DNA of 21,049 nucleotides from Patescibacteria group bacterium (GTDB lineage Bacteria; Patescibacteriota; Gracilibacteria; BD1-5; UBA2023): positions 1 through 21,049 of the forward strand of contig JAUPLX010000004.1 of NCBI GenBank assembly GCA_030836665.1, read 5' to 3'. The first letter of the stretch is position 1. Every line of letters begins with the position of its first letter. A model generated the notes under the pieces. That model saw only the letters and a list, made by a program, of their open reading frames with translations, did not search any database and was not told where the DNA came from. Positions 7,765-15,774 of the stretch are shown one piece after another. The translations under genes and the position numbers were made by a program.

Positions 7765-8712
7765 ATGCGTATGGATTCGGGTATTTTTCGAAAATCGGTC
7801 ATCGCCGCCGTGGGCTTCTTCGGAACGCTCGGAGCGCTTTCGGTAGGGTATTCCGCCTATGTTTCGAGCCTTCCGGCAACGGCGAATTCCGGCGCGACGC
7901 TCTCTTCCGCCGAATGGAACAAGATGGTTGCCGCCCTCTCGACGCTCGACGATAATCTGTCGAATCTTACGTTTTCGGGCGGGGGCGTCGGAATCGGAAC
8001 GGCGAATCCCGCCACAAGAAAACTCGACGTGCGGATAACGACTACCGATTCCGTAAATTGATCCGTGGCGAATTCGTATCCGATAGCCTGATTCATAAAC
8101 GAGGGTTCCGATGGATCGAAGAGGGGACTCGAATTCGGCGCGCCTACCGGAAGCACGAGTGCTCCGGTGTATATCAAGGTGAGTGGAACTGGCAACCGAT
8201 TCTGATTCCTCAATCAATACAATACGGAAGCCTTTTCAATTCTTGATACTGGCAACGTCGGCATAGGAACGACCTCTCCGTCCGCGAAACTCCACGTCAA
8301 CGGACCGATGATCCGAACCATCGCCTACGCGACTGCGAACGGACCGAACGACGACACGGACGTGGGACAAATCGCGAGCAGGGTCCTGAATTTCACGAAA
8401 CTCAGCTCTTCGACGAAAATTCGTATCCAATATACCGATGCCCTTCGTGTCACAAGCACAAGCAATGCTTGTCGTTGGGAAATTAAGGTGGGCGGGGCTT
8501 CTTGTCCTGGTCAACCGTTGGTATACGACTACTACACGAGTGGCGACAATACCCATCGGAGTCGAACCGTCGTCGGATATTGCAACGGAATCAGCGCGGG
8601 TTCGAAACAGATTCAAGTCTGGGTGAGTAGCACTCCCGGGTATTCCGGAGCCGACTGCTATACCGGATGGAACGCCTCGACTTGGGTTTTGGAAGCCGAA
8701 GAGGTGAACTAA
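7765..8712 (+). CDS. secreted/anchored fibre-like surface protein with CTHRC1-like Cys-containing C-terminal domain (315 aa, three in-frame UGA(Gly))
   Basis: Track ORFs 7765-8061 and 8308-8712 are in the same frame. They are joined through TGAs at 8059-8061, 8089-8091 and 8203-8205 with no other stop. Domain order:
- N-terminal hydrophobic signal/anchor.
- Two G(G/N)VGIGTxxPxxKLxV motifs.
- A C-terminal domain with 4 Cys.

TAA stop. Confidence 0.75.
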
Positions 8713-9125
8713 TGCGACGATACCATTTCACACCCACTCCCGTGGCACTTTTCCGAAACCTCGATGATCTCCCCGCTGCGGAGGCCTGCTACGCCATGAT
8801 GAAAGACCAGCGCCGAATGAGGCGCGTCGGACTCGCCGTCAAACTCCTCATCCTCGGGGGTTTGCTGTATGGCTACGTTTTCCTGACCCTTCCGGAAAAC
8901 GCCGAAACGAAAGAGGCCCTTATCGTGAGCGCGCAAGGGAAATTCGAAGAATTCCTTTTTCCGATCGTCGAAAGCACCGTTACCCGAATGACCGAGAAAA
9001 TCCAGGCGGACATGCTGAAAGACGCGAAGATCCCCGCAGGGAACGGGGCCGCGAATCTGCAAACTCTGAAATCCCTGAGCCCCGAAGCGGTAAGGGCCAT
9101 CTGCGAAAGCCTTCCGAAGAAATAG
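8712..9125 (+). CDS. hypothetical single-pass membrane protein (137 aa)
   Basis: The ATG at 8712 overlaps the upstream TAA (TAATG), with GAGGTG 6 nt upstream. One TM helix (VGLAVKLLILGGLLYGYVFLTL). TAG stop. I recognise no family. Confidence 0.55.
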   Translation: MRRYHFTPTPVALFRNLDDLPAAEACYAMMKDQRRMRRVGLAVKLLILGGLLYGYVFLTLPENAETKEALIVSAQGKFEEFLFPIVESTVTRMTEKIQADMLKDAKIPAGNGAANLQTLKSLSPEAVRAICESLPKK

Positions 9126-9132
9126 GATTCTC

Positions 9133-9178
9133 AAGGACGTCCTTCTTTTATTGACATTCCCATTCGCGTAGGTATTTT
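9133..9178 (+). promoter_or_regulatory. 12-bp palindrome AAGGACGTCCTT followed by a candidate promoter (TTGACA-16 nt-TATTTT)
   Basis: Palindrome at 9133-9144, TTGACA at 9151-9156, TATTTT at 9173-9178. GGGAG lies 8 nt before ATG 9211. Confidence 0.3.
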
Positions 9179-9210
9179 TAGAGCCGTCAATTTCAACGGG
9201 AGTACGGATC

Positions 9211-9609
9211 ATGTTTTTAGAAAACGTGGCGGCGGTCGCAATCGTCCTGGTTCTCGGATACTTCGTCCTCGCTCTCGCGTTTACGAAAATTCCGACTCTC
9301 CGGCATTGGCAGGTCTTCGCCGTACGGCGATGGGCGCTCGCTTGTATCAGGCTGTACCAAGAGACGAAGGACGACCCCTTCGAAACGGTACGGGACATCC
9401 GGGATTGCGAACTCTGCGCCCGCGACGTCTTGGCTTTCGCCGAAGAAATCCTGGGTATGGACGAAGTAAAGCCGAATGTCGCTTCGTTCATCTTCTGGCC
9501 ATCGGATCTGGCCATTGCGGTCGGGCTCGAATGGAAAGCGATGGAAATCGACGGCGTACGGAAAAAGAAATCAGAAGGACGGTTACGTCGGGCGAAATCC
9601 CGTGCGTAG
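9211..9609 (+). CDS. hypothetical protein with N-terminal TM helix (132 aa)
   Basis: ORF with SD-like GGGAG. Hydrophobic N-terminus VAAVAIVLVLGYFVLALAF and a basic C-terminal tail. TAG stop followed by a terminator. Confidence 0.5.
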   Translation: MFLENVAAVAIVLVLGYFVLALAFTKIPTLRHWQVFAVRRWALACIRLYQETKDDPFETVRDIRDCELCARDVLAFAEEILGMDEVKPNVASFIFWPSDLAIAVGLEWKAMEIDGVRKKKSEGRLRRAKSRA

Positions 9610-9620
9610 CGCGCCTACCG

Positions 9621-9650
9621 AAAAACGCCCCGTCATGGGGCGTTTTCTTT
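9621..9650. terminator. bidirectional intrinsic terminator
   Basis: AAAACGCCCC (9622-9631), 5-nt loop, GGGGCGTTTT (9637-9646). Lies between convergent genes. Confidence 0.75.
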
Positions 9651-9666
9651 CGATATCGGAAACCCC

Positions 9667-10269
9667 TTAAAACAGGCGCATTTCCTTCTTTTCTTCGAGA
9701 GTGATGACCCCGCGTTTCACGAGTTCGCTGAACGCTTTGGCCGTGGATTCCACGTCGACCATCGCGTTATGGGCGCCTTCGAAGAATTCGTCGAAGAGGA
9801 ATTTGTAGAGTTCGCCGAGACGCGGGGGCTTGAACGAGAATCCCCGGCCCTGGAGCTTGCAATATTCGGTGGACGACCGCATCGTGCAACAGGAAGACAC
9901 CGGTTGGTAGTCGCCCTTGCGGCCCATGCGTTCGAATTCGTACCGGAGTACCGTTTCGTCGTATTCGATATTGTGCCCGACGACGACGTCCGTGGTATTG
10001 AGGTATTTGAGGATGCGGTCGGCGATTTCTTCGATATACGGGGCGTTTTCGACGTCCTTATCGTAGAGGCCGTGGACCTGGGACGCGCCGAACGGAATCG
10101 GAATCCGCGGCTTTACGAGGAGATCGACGCGCTCGATTTCCTGAAAACCCTTGTCCGCCGATATTTCGCCGAGAATTCCGGCGAACTGAACGACGTAGGG
10201 CTGTTCGGAGAGAGCTCCGTCCCGTACGGGGAATCCGGTGGTTTCGGTATCGAATACGAATGCTTTCAT
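9667..10269 (-). CDS. DEDDh 3'-5' exonuclease (DnaQ/DNA polymerase III epsilon-like), 200 aa
   Basis: Exo I FDTETTG, Exo II GHNIEYD and Exo III HNAMVDVEST. The likely start is MKAFVFDTETTG (ATG 10267-10269), not the track start at 10317. Confidence 0.85.
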   Translation of the reverse strand: MKAFVFDTETTGFPVRDGALSEQPYVVQFAGILGEISADKGFQEIERVDLLVKPRIPIPFGASQVHGLYDKDVENAPYIEEIADRILKYLNTTDVVVGHNIEYDETVLRYEFERMGRKGDYQPVSSCCTMRSSTEYCKLQGRGFSFKPPRLGELYKFLFDEFFEGAHNAMVDVESTAKAFSELVKRGVITLEEKKEMRLF

Positions 10270-10384
10270 AGGAAGGTTTTTGACCCAAACAGTGTATGGA
10301 AAAGCAGGGCGATGCAAGAGAAAGAAAAATTCGTTTTTTAAAAAAATGTGTCACAATTTCCCCGTATCCGTCACCCCACATCAT

Positions 10385-10624
10385 ATGCACGTCGCCCACC
10401 ACTCCTTTACTGCCGACCATCCCGAATGGGCGGAAAAAATCCACAGCCTCAAAACGTCGAGTCCGCACTTCGCTTCATTGGTCGAAGAACACGAAAAACT
10501 CGATAAGGACATCTGCCGTCGCGAAGACAATGCAAACGACACCACGACGGACGCGGAAATGGAGGAGCTGAAGAAACGCCGGCTCATGCTCGCCGACCAG
10601 ATCATCGGCGCCATTACGGCATAA
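10385..10624 (+). CDS. DUF465 (YdcH-like) small protein, about 79 aa
   Basis: ...HPEWAEKIHSLKTSSPHFASLVEEHEKLDKDI...EMEELKKRRLMLADQI matches the DUF465 pattern. An alternative start lies at 10346. Confidence 0.7.
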   Translation: MHVAHHSFTADHPEWAEKIHSLKTSSPHFASLVEEHEKLDKDICRREDNANDTTTDAEMEELKKRRLMLADQIIGAITA

Positions 10625-10632
10625 TCCGAAAG

Positions 10633-10677
10633 AAAAAATCCCCGGACGTTCCCAAGTGGGACGCGCGGGGATTTTTT
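10633..10677. terminator. bidirectional intrinsic terminator (DUF465 gene on +, secY on -)
   Basis: AAAAAATCCCCG ... CGGGGATTTTTT with an inner TCCCA/TGGGA pairing. Confidence 0.75.
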
Positions 10678-10684
10678 AGGCCGT

Positions 10685-12004
10685 TTAGTAGAACTTCTTG
10701 TAATCGTAGCTCTTGAGTTCGGTATCGATGCGGCGGACGAGATCAAGGACGACGCCGACGACGATGATGAGACCCGCGCCCGAGATGAGGAAGTCGATTT
10801 GCCCGCTACCGGATACGTCGATGAGCCCGAGCATGTTGTTCAGCTTCGTCATGACGTACGGGAATACCGCGATGAGGGCGAGGAACGATCCGCCGTAGAG
10901 GTTGAGGTGGTTCGAGGTCTTCTCGAGGAATTCGGCGGTATCCTTGCCCGGACGGATGCCCGGAACGTAGCCCCCGCGCTTCTGGATGTTTTCGGCGATT
11001 TCCGACGGATTGAAGACGATGGAAATGTAGAAGAACGAGAAGAGGAGGATGAGGGCGAAGTATACGCCGATGTACAGCCATCCCGGATTGTTCATGGAGA
11101 AGTTCTCGAGGAGGAACTGTCCGAGCGAGGCGGCGCGGCCGGAGGATTTTACGGCGAGGATCTGTCCGATCAAAGCCGGGAACGTCACGATGGAAACGGC
11201 GAAGATGATCGGAATCATTCCGGCCTGATTGACGCGGATCGGGAAGTACGAACGTTCGTCACGGCCCGTCTTCGTGTAGATGAGCGGAATCTTACGGTAT
11301 CCTTCGGTGAACTTGATGATGACGTAGATGACGCCGACCGTCATCGCGAGGAGGATGAGGAGGAGCGGGATATTGCCTACCGAGAGGTACTGGGTGACGT
11401 GGGAAGGAACGCCCGCGAGAACGCCGGCGAAGATGATCATCGAGGTTCCGTTACCGATGCCCGATTCGCTGATGAGGTCGCCGAGCCAAAGGAGGAGGAG
11501 CGTACCTGCCGTAATGAAGATCATCGCGGGGAAGACGGCGCCCCAGAAATTGGCGGTATCGATGAGTTTGCCGCCGGTTCCGGCTACGAGCGTGTTGATG
11601 AGGACGATCATTCCGTAGCTCTGCGCGAACGCGAGGGGGAGCGTGAGGTAGCGGGTGTAGTTGTTGATCTTCTTCTGGCCGGATTCGCCTTCCTTCTTGA
11701 GGCTTTCGAGGTGCGGGATGACGACGGCGAGAAGCTGGAGGATGATGGTGGCGTTGATGTACGGCGAAAGTCCCATGAGAACGATGGAGAAGTTCTCGAG
11801 ACCGCCTCCCATGAGGGAACCGAAGAACGCGAGCCCCTGATTCGCGGAAAGGAAGTTGCGGAGGGCCTGGAGAGCGTCGACGTTGACTCCCGGAACCGGA
11901 AGGACGGAGAGGAACTTGTAAACGACGATAAGACCGATCGTGACGAGGATCTTCTGCTTGACGGATTCGGACTTCCAGATCCGGTCGAAATGCTTGAGAA
12001 TCAT
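10685..12004 (-). CDS. secY: preprotein translocase subunit SecY (439 aa)
   Basis: Polytopic membrane protein with SecY-like sequence (…LSVLPVPGVN…). The preferred start is MILKHFDRIW (ATG 12002-12004). The track start at 12097 abuts the intergenic hairpin, and its first codons run through that hairpin. Confidence 0.9.
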   Translation of the reverse strand: MILKHFDRIWKSESVKQKILVTIGLIVVYKFLSVLPVPGVNVDALQALRNFLSANQGLAFFGSLMGGGLENFSIVLMGLSPYINATIILQLLAVVIPHLESLKKEGESGQKKINNYTRYLTLPLAFAQSYGMIVLINTLVAGTGGKLIDTANFWGAVFPAMIFITAGTLLLLWLGDLISESGIGNGTSMIIFAGVLAGVPSHVTQYLSVGNIPLLLILLAMTVGVIYVIIKFTEGYRKIPLIYTKTGRDERSYFPIRVNQAGMIPIIFAVSIVTFPALIGQILAVKSSGRAASLGQFLLENFSMNNPGWLYIGVYFALILLFSFFYISIVFNPSEIAENIQKRGGYVPGIRPGKDTAEFLEKTSNHLNLYGGSFLALIAVFPYVMTKLNNMLGLIDVSGSGQIDFLISGAGLIIVVGVVLDLVRRIDTELKSYDYKKFY

Positions 12005-12060
12005 AGGCTTGTTGAAGAAGAAAATTCCTGCGAAGTATACGGAAAACGGGCGAAAGTAAA

Positions 12061-12090
12061 GGAAAACCCCGGATTTCTCCGGGGTTTTCC
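12061..12090 (-). terminator. perfect 13-bp hairpin between rplO and secY (attenuator or partial terminator)
   Basis: GGAAAACCCCGGA-TTTC-TCCGGGGTTTTCC. On the sense strand it is followed by UUUACUUUC. Confidence 0.5.
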
Positions 12091-12103
12091 TTTCCATTTG
12101 GAT

Positions 12104-12556
12104 TTACGCGAGTTCGAGAGTGCCTCCGGCCTTTTCGATAGCGGCCTTAGCGGAAGCGGAAGCGGCGTTGGCCTTTACGGTCAACTTCGCCTTGAGTTCC
12201 CCGGATCCGAGGATTTTTACCGGGGCGACCTTGCGGACGAGACCCTTATCCACGAGAAGGAGGGTGTCGATTTCCGTAACGCCGGCGTCGGCGAGAGCCT
12301 GGAGATCGTCGAGATTGACGACTTCGAAGCGGATCTGGTTGAGGGAAGTGAAACCGCGGAGTTTCGGAAGGCGGCGGAAGAGCGGAGTCTGTCCGCCTTC
12401 GAATGCCGGGTTGAACTTGCCCTTACCGGTGCGGGAGCCCTGCCCCTTACATCCGCGTCCGGAGAACGTTCCCTTTCCGGAACCGTTTCCACGACCGCGA
12501 CGAATCGGAGCCTTCTGCGAACCTTCGTTCGGCGAGAGAGATGCGTGATTGAGCAT
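12104..12556 (-). CDS. rplO: 50S ribosomal protein L15
   Basis: 150 aa. G/R/K-rich N-terminus ...RRGRGNGSGKGTFSGRG.KGQ...FEGGQTPL.RRLPK. Confidence 0.95.
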   Translation of the reverse strand: MLNHASLSPNEGSQKAPIRRGRGNGSGKGTFSGRGCKGQGSRTGKGKFNPAFEGGQTPLFRRLPKLRGFTSLNQIRFEVVNLDDLQALADAGVTEIDTLLLVDKGLVRKVAPVKILGSGELKAKLTVKANAASASAKAAIEKAGGTLELA

Positions 12557-12583
12557 AATGGGGGTGTGAGAGGTGCGGAGAGA

Positions 12584-13216
12584 TTATTCTGCGGCGGCTT
12601 CTTTCTTGGCTGCCGGTTTCTTGGCCGGGGCCTTCTTGGTCGGAGCGGCCTTTTCTTCGACCGCTACGGGAGCGGTTTCCGAGACTGCCGGAGCGGCGGC
12701 CTTCATGAAGGAAGCGGTAGCGCCGATCGGCTTGAGACCCGCGAGGGCGCGGAGAGCGGCACGGACGTTGGTCATCTGGTTGCGTCCGCCGAAGCGCTTG
12801 GCGAGCACGTCCTTCAGACCGGAGACGAAGAGGAGCTTGCGGATGGCACCACCGGCAATAACGCCGGTACCTTCGGAAGCGGGATGGAGAAGAACGGAGG
12901 TCGCCTTGAAGTTCGCCTTGATTTCGTGCGGAACGGTTCCGGCGATAATCGGGAAGGTGATGAGGTTCTTCTTGGCATCGCGGACCGCTTTTTCGATCGC
13001 GACGACGACTTCGGCAGCCTTACCGGTTCCGAGTCCTACGGTTCCCTTTCCGTTTCCGACGACGACGGCGGCACGGAAGCGGAGTTGGCGCCCACCTGCG
13101 GTAACGCGGGTGACGCGGGCAACTTCGAGGAGCTCTTCCTTGAACTCCTTTTCGACCTCGCGGAAGCCGTCCTTACGGGGAGCGCGCTTGTTATTTTCGC
13201 GCATTTCTTTCGCCAT
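12584..13216 (-). CDS. rpsE: 30S ribosomal protein S5 with about 45-aa Ala/Pro/Lys-rich C-terminal extension (210 aa)
   Basis: S5 core ...VTRVTAGGRQLRFRAAVVVGNGKGTVGLGTGKA... Start MAKEMRENN (ATG 13214-13216). The track start at 13327 overlaps rplR. Confidence 0.93.
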   Translation of the reverse strand: MAKEMRENNKRAPRKDGFREVEKEFKEELLEVARVTRVTAGGRQLRFRAAVVVGNGKGTVGLGTGKAAEVVVAIEKAVRDAKKNLITFPIIAGTVPHEIKANFKATSVLLHPASEGTGVIAGGAIRKLLFVSGLKDVLAKRFGGRNQMTNVRAALRALAGLKPIGATASFMKAAAPAVSETAPVAVEEKAAPTKKAPAKKPAAKKEAAAE

Positions 13217-13239
13217 ATTGGAGATGATAGGGGAAATAA

Positions 13240-13584
13240 TTAGAACTTGAGTCCGGCGGCGCGAGCCGCTTCTGCGAGAGCCTTGACGCGGCCGTGGAAG
13301 AGGAATCCTCCGCGGTCGAATACGCATTCCTTTATGCCGAGGCCGAGGGCCTTCTCCGCGAGGGCCTTACCCACGAGGGCTGCGGCTTCGGATTTCTTGG
13401 CCTTGGAAGCGTCCTGGATGTCGGAAGCGGCGCAGAGCGTGCGTCCGGCTTCGTCGTCGATCATCTGAGCGTAGATCGACGTATTGCTGCGGTAGACGGC
13501 GAGGCGCGGCTTCGCTGCGGTTCCGGAGATCCGGGCGCGGATGCGCTTGTGCCGCTTGATGCGCTGGGCGACTTTTTCGAGCAT
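13240..13584 (-). CDS. rplR: 50S ribosomal protein L18
   Basis: 114 aa. ...[18 protein letters not shown]...[22 protein letters not shown]. Confidence 0.95.
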
Positions 13585-13616
13585 ACGTAGGTGGGAAAGG
13601 GGAAAGTAATTTCGAT

Positions 13617-14171
13617 CTATTTCTTACCGGCGGTCTTACCGGCCTTGCGGCGGACGTATTCACCGACGTAGCGGATACCCTTGCCCTTGTACGGTTCGGG
13701 TTTCTTGATTCCGCGGACCAAAGCTGCGAAGTAACCTACTTGCTGCTTGTCGATTCCGGAGATGTGGATGATGTTCTTTTCCTTTTCGTCCGGAGCGATC
13801 GTGACGCCCTTCGGTGCATCGAGAACGACTTTGTGGGAGAAACCTACCGAGAGGGTGAGTTTCGTAGGGGAATTGATTTCGAATTTGTACCCTACTCCCT
13901 GGATTTCGAGAGCTTTCTTGAACCCTTCGGAAACGCCCTGGACCATGTTGGCAACGAGCGCGCGAGTAAGGCCCCAGAAGGCTTTCTGTTCTTTTTCGTC
14001 AGTATTGGCGACGCTCACGAGGAGCTCGTTGCCTTCGAGGGCAACGGTTACGCAATCCTGGAGGACGAAGGAGAGTTCTCCTTTCGGTCCCTTCACTGCG
14101 ATCTTCTTCCCGTCGACGGTTGCGGTCACTCCGGAAGGGAGTTTAACGGGAAGCTTTCAGATACGAGACAT
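13617..14171 (-). CDS. rplF: 50S ribosomal protein L6 (184 aa) with UGA(Gly) at codon 5
   Basis: ATG 14169-14171 gives MSRI-[TGA 14157-14159][16 protein letters not shown], which continues into track ORF 13617-14129. Homologues begin MSRIGK. Confidence 0.92.
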
Positions 14172-14213
14172 AAAACGGTGGGAATAATCGATGAACTAAA
14201 GGGAATCGCGAGC

Positions 14214-14600
14214 TTAGAAGGCTTCGCAGATGATTTCCCCTCCTACTCCGAGAGCGCGGGCTTCGTATCCGGTGACGATTCCTTTCGGAGTCGAGAGGAT
14301 GTAGATGCCGTGCCCGTTGCGCGAGCGGCGGACGTCGGAAGCCTTCACGTAGATGCGCTGTCCCGGACGGGAAACGCGACGGAAGTTGGGAACGTATTTG
14401 GTTTCGCGAACGTCGTTGAGGACGATCTTGATGGAACGGCCGTCTTCGGACTTTTCGTACGAAACGACGTAACCGTTCTTTTTAAGAACGCGGAGGAGCT
14501 CCATCTTGATGAGGGAGAACGGAGCTTCGACGCTCGCAAGGCGGGCGAAGTACCCGTTGCGGATGCGCGTAAGCATGTCTGCGATCGGATCGAGGATCAT
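14214..14600 (-). CDS. rpsH: 30S ribosomal protein S8 (128 aa)
   Basis: MILDPIADMLTRIRNG... is a canonical S8 N-terminus (ATG 14598-14600). The longer track ORF overlaps rpsN. Confidence 0.95.
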   Translation of the reverse strand: MILDPIADMLTRIRNGYFARLASVEAPFSLIKMELLRVLKKNGYVVSYEKSEDGRSIKIVLNDVRETKYVPNFRRVSRPGQRIYVKASDVRRSRNGHGIYILSTPKGIVTGYEARALGVGGEIICEAF

Positions 14601-14631
14601 AGGGGTGTCGGAAGAAATAACTAAACGAGTA

Positions 14632-14856
14632 CTACCAGCTCGACTTGCGAACGCCCATGAGTTCTCCGGCGTTAGCCTTTTCACGGACGCAGATGCGGCA
14701 CATGTCGAATTTGCCGAGGTATCCGTTCGCGCGGCCGCAAACGCTGCAGCGGTGGTAGAGACGGCTCGGGAACTTGACCGCGAGACCAGCCGCCTTGCGG
14801 CGTTCTGCGGTGGCGCTCTTACGCTCGCATTTTACGACGAGGGCTTTACGTGCCAT
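14632..14856 (-). CDS. rpsN: 30S ribosomal protein S14, zinc-binding type Z-like (74 aa)
   Basis: CSVCGR...CRIC motif and C-terminal ...GVRKSSW. Confidence 0.92.
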
Positions 14857-14876
14857 AAGGAGGAAAGGTAATGGGA

Positions 14877-15422
14877 TTATTTCATGAAAGGAAATCCGAG
14901 AGCGTCGAGAAGGGCCTTGGATTGGACCTTGTTTCCGCCGGTGAACTTGATGGTAATCTGAAGTCCGTGCGGCTTGACGACGTCGGTCTGGGGAACTTCC
15001 GGGAAAATGGTGTGTTCCTTGATACCGAAGTTGAAGTTTCCTTCCTGGTCGAACGACCGGGACGAGATTCCGCGGAAGTCGCGGACGCGCGGGAGGATGA
15101 TCGCGATGAGCTTCTGGATGAAAGCGTACATGCGGTCCCCACGGAGCGTGACGGTCATTCCGACCGGCATTCCTTCGCGAAGTTTGAAGTTCGAGATGGA
15201 CTTGCGGGAGTGCTGAACCTTCGGAAGCTGACCGGCGATGAGCGCGAGGTCGTTCCTGAGGCTCGAGAAATCCTTGTTGCCGCTCGCGACGTAGGTTCCG
15301 ATACCCATGTTGAGAACGATCTTCTCGATCTTCGGGATCTGCATGGCGTTCTTAATGCCGAGATCCTTTTGAAGTTTCGGAAGAATTTCGGTCTTGTATT
15401 GCTCTTTGAAATCGAAAGACAT
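14877..15422 (-). CDS. rplE: 50S ribosomal protein L5
   Basis: 181 aa. L5-like sequence in the conserved operon position. Confidence 0.95.
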
Positions 15423-15442
15423 AGCGGTTCGTGCGTGAGGGG

Positions 15443-15748
15443 TTATGCGAGAGCCTTACCGGACTTCTTCGCGATTCGGATCTTCTTGCCTCCCTCGATT
15501 TTGAATCCGATACGGGTCGGCTTTTTGGTGGAGGGGTCGATGATCATGACGTTGGAAACGTGGATGGCGCGTTCGATTTCGACGATCTGACCGGGAACGT
15601 TGCCCTGGCCTTTCACGTGTTTCTTAGCGATGTTCACGCCTTCTACGATGACGCGTTCCGCCTTGAGATCGACCGAAAGGACCTTTGCCTCCTTTCCTTT
15701 GTCCTTCCCGGCAATGACCTTGACGAGGTCTCCAGAGTGGATTTTCAT
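15443..15748 (-). CDS. rplX: 50S ribosomal protein L24 (101 aa)
   Basis: [24 protein letters not shown] (KOW motif). ATG at 15746-15748. The upstream track extension overlaps rplN. Confidence 0.95.
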
Positions 15749-15774
15749 AACGGTTTTGGCTGGAAAAGAGGTAA

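Noticed and set aside
7576-8217. 213-aa minus-strand ORF and other ORFs (7189-7846) over the 7140-7760 gap
   Set aside because: They overlap the RNase P RNA, whose conserved blocks explain the region, and the 5' part of the fibre gene. The translations are R/G-rich nonsense.
8300-8712. Diversity-generating retroelement target (variable C-terminal region of a CPR surface protein)
   Set aside because: There is no reverse transcriptase gene and no template-repeat copy of the 3' end of the gene anywhere in the window. The only internal repeat is the short GIGT motif.
8709-9515. 268-aa minus-strand ORF opposite the 8712 and 9211 genes
   Set aside because: It spans an intergenic promoter/palindrome region and has an odd composition with no TM or domain signal. 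The plus-strand ORFs have start contexts (TAATG coupling, GGGAG), clean TM helices and a terminator.
12005-12097. N-terminal 31-aa extension of SecY (track start 12097)
   Set aside because: That ATG directly abuts the perfect 13-bp hairpin, and the first ~12 codons would run through it. The extension (MERKTPEKSGVFLYFRPFSVYFAGIFFFNKP) is not SecY-like, whereas MILKHFDRIW... aligns with usual SecY N-termini.
10799-13243. 814-aa plus-strand ORF, the longest in the track
   Set aside because: It lies entirely antisense to secY, rplO and rpsE. Its translation is low-complexity (E/D/G/R-rich) and resembles no family. The opposite strand encodes unmistakable conserved proteins. Long antisense ORFs of this kind are expected at this GC content.
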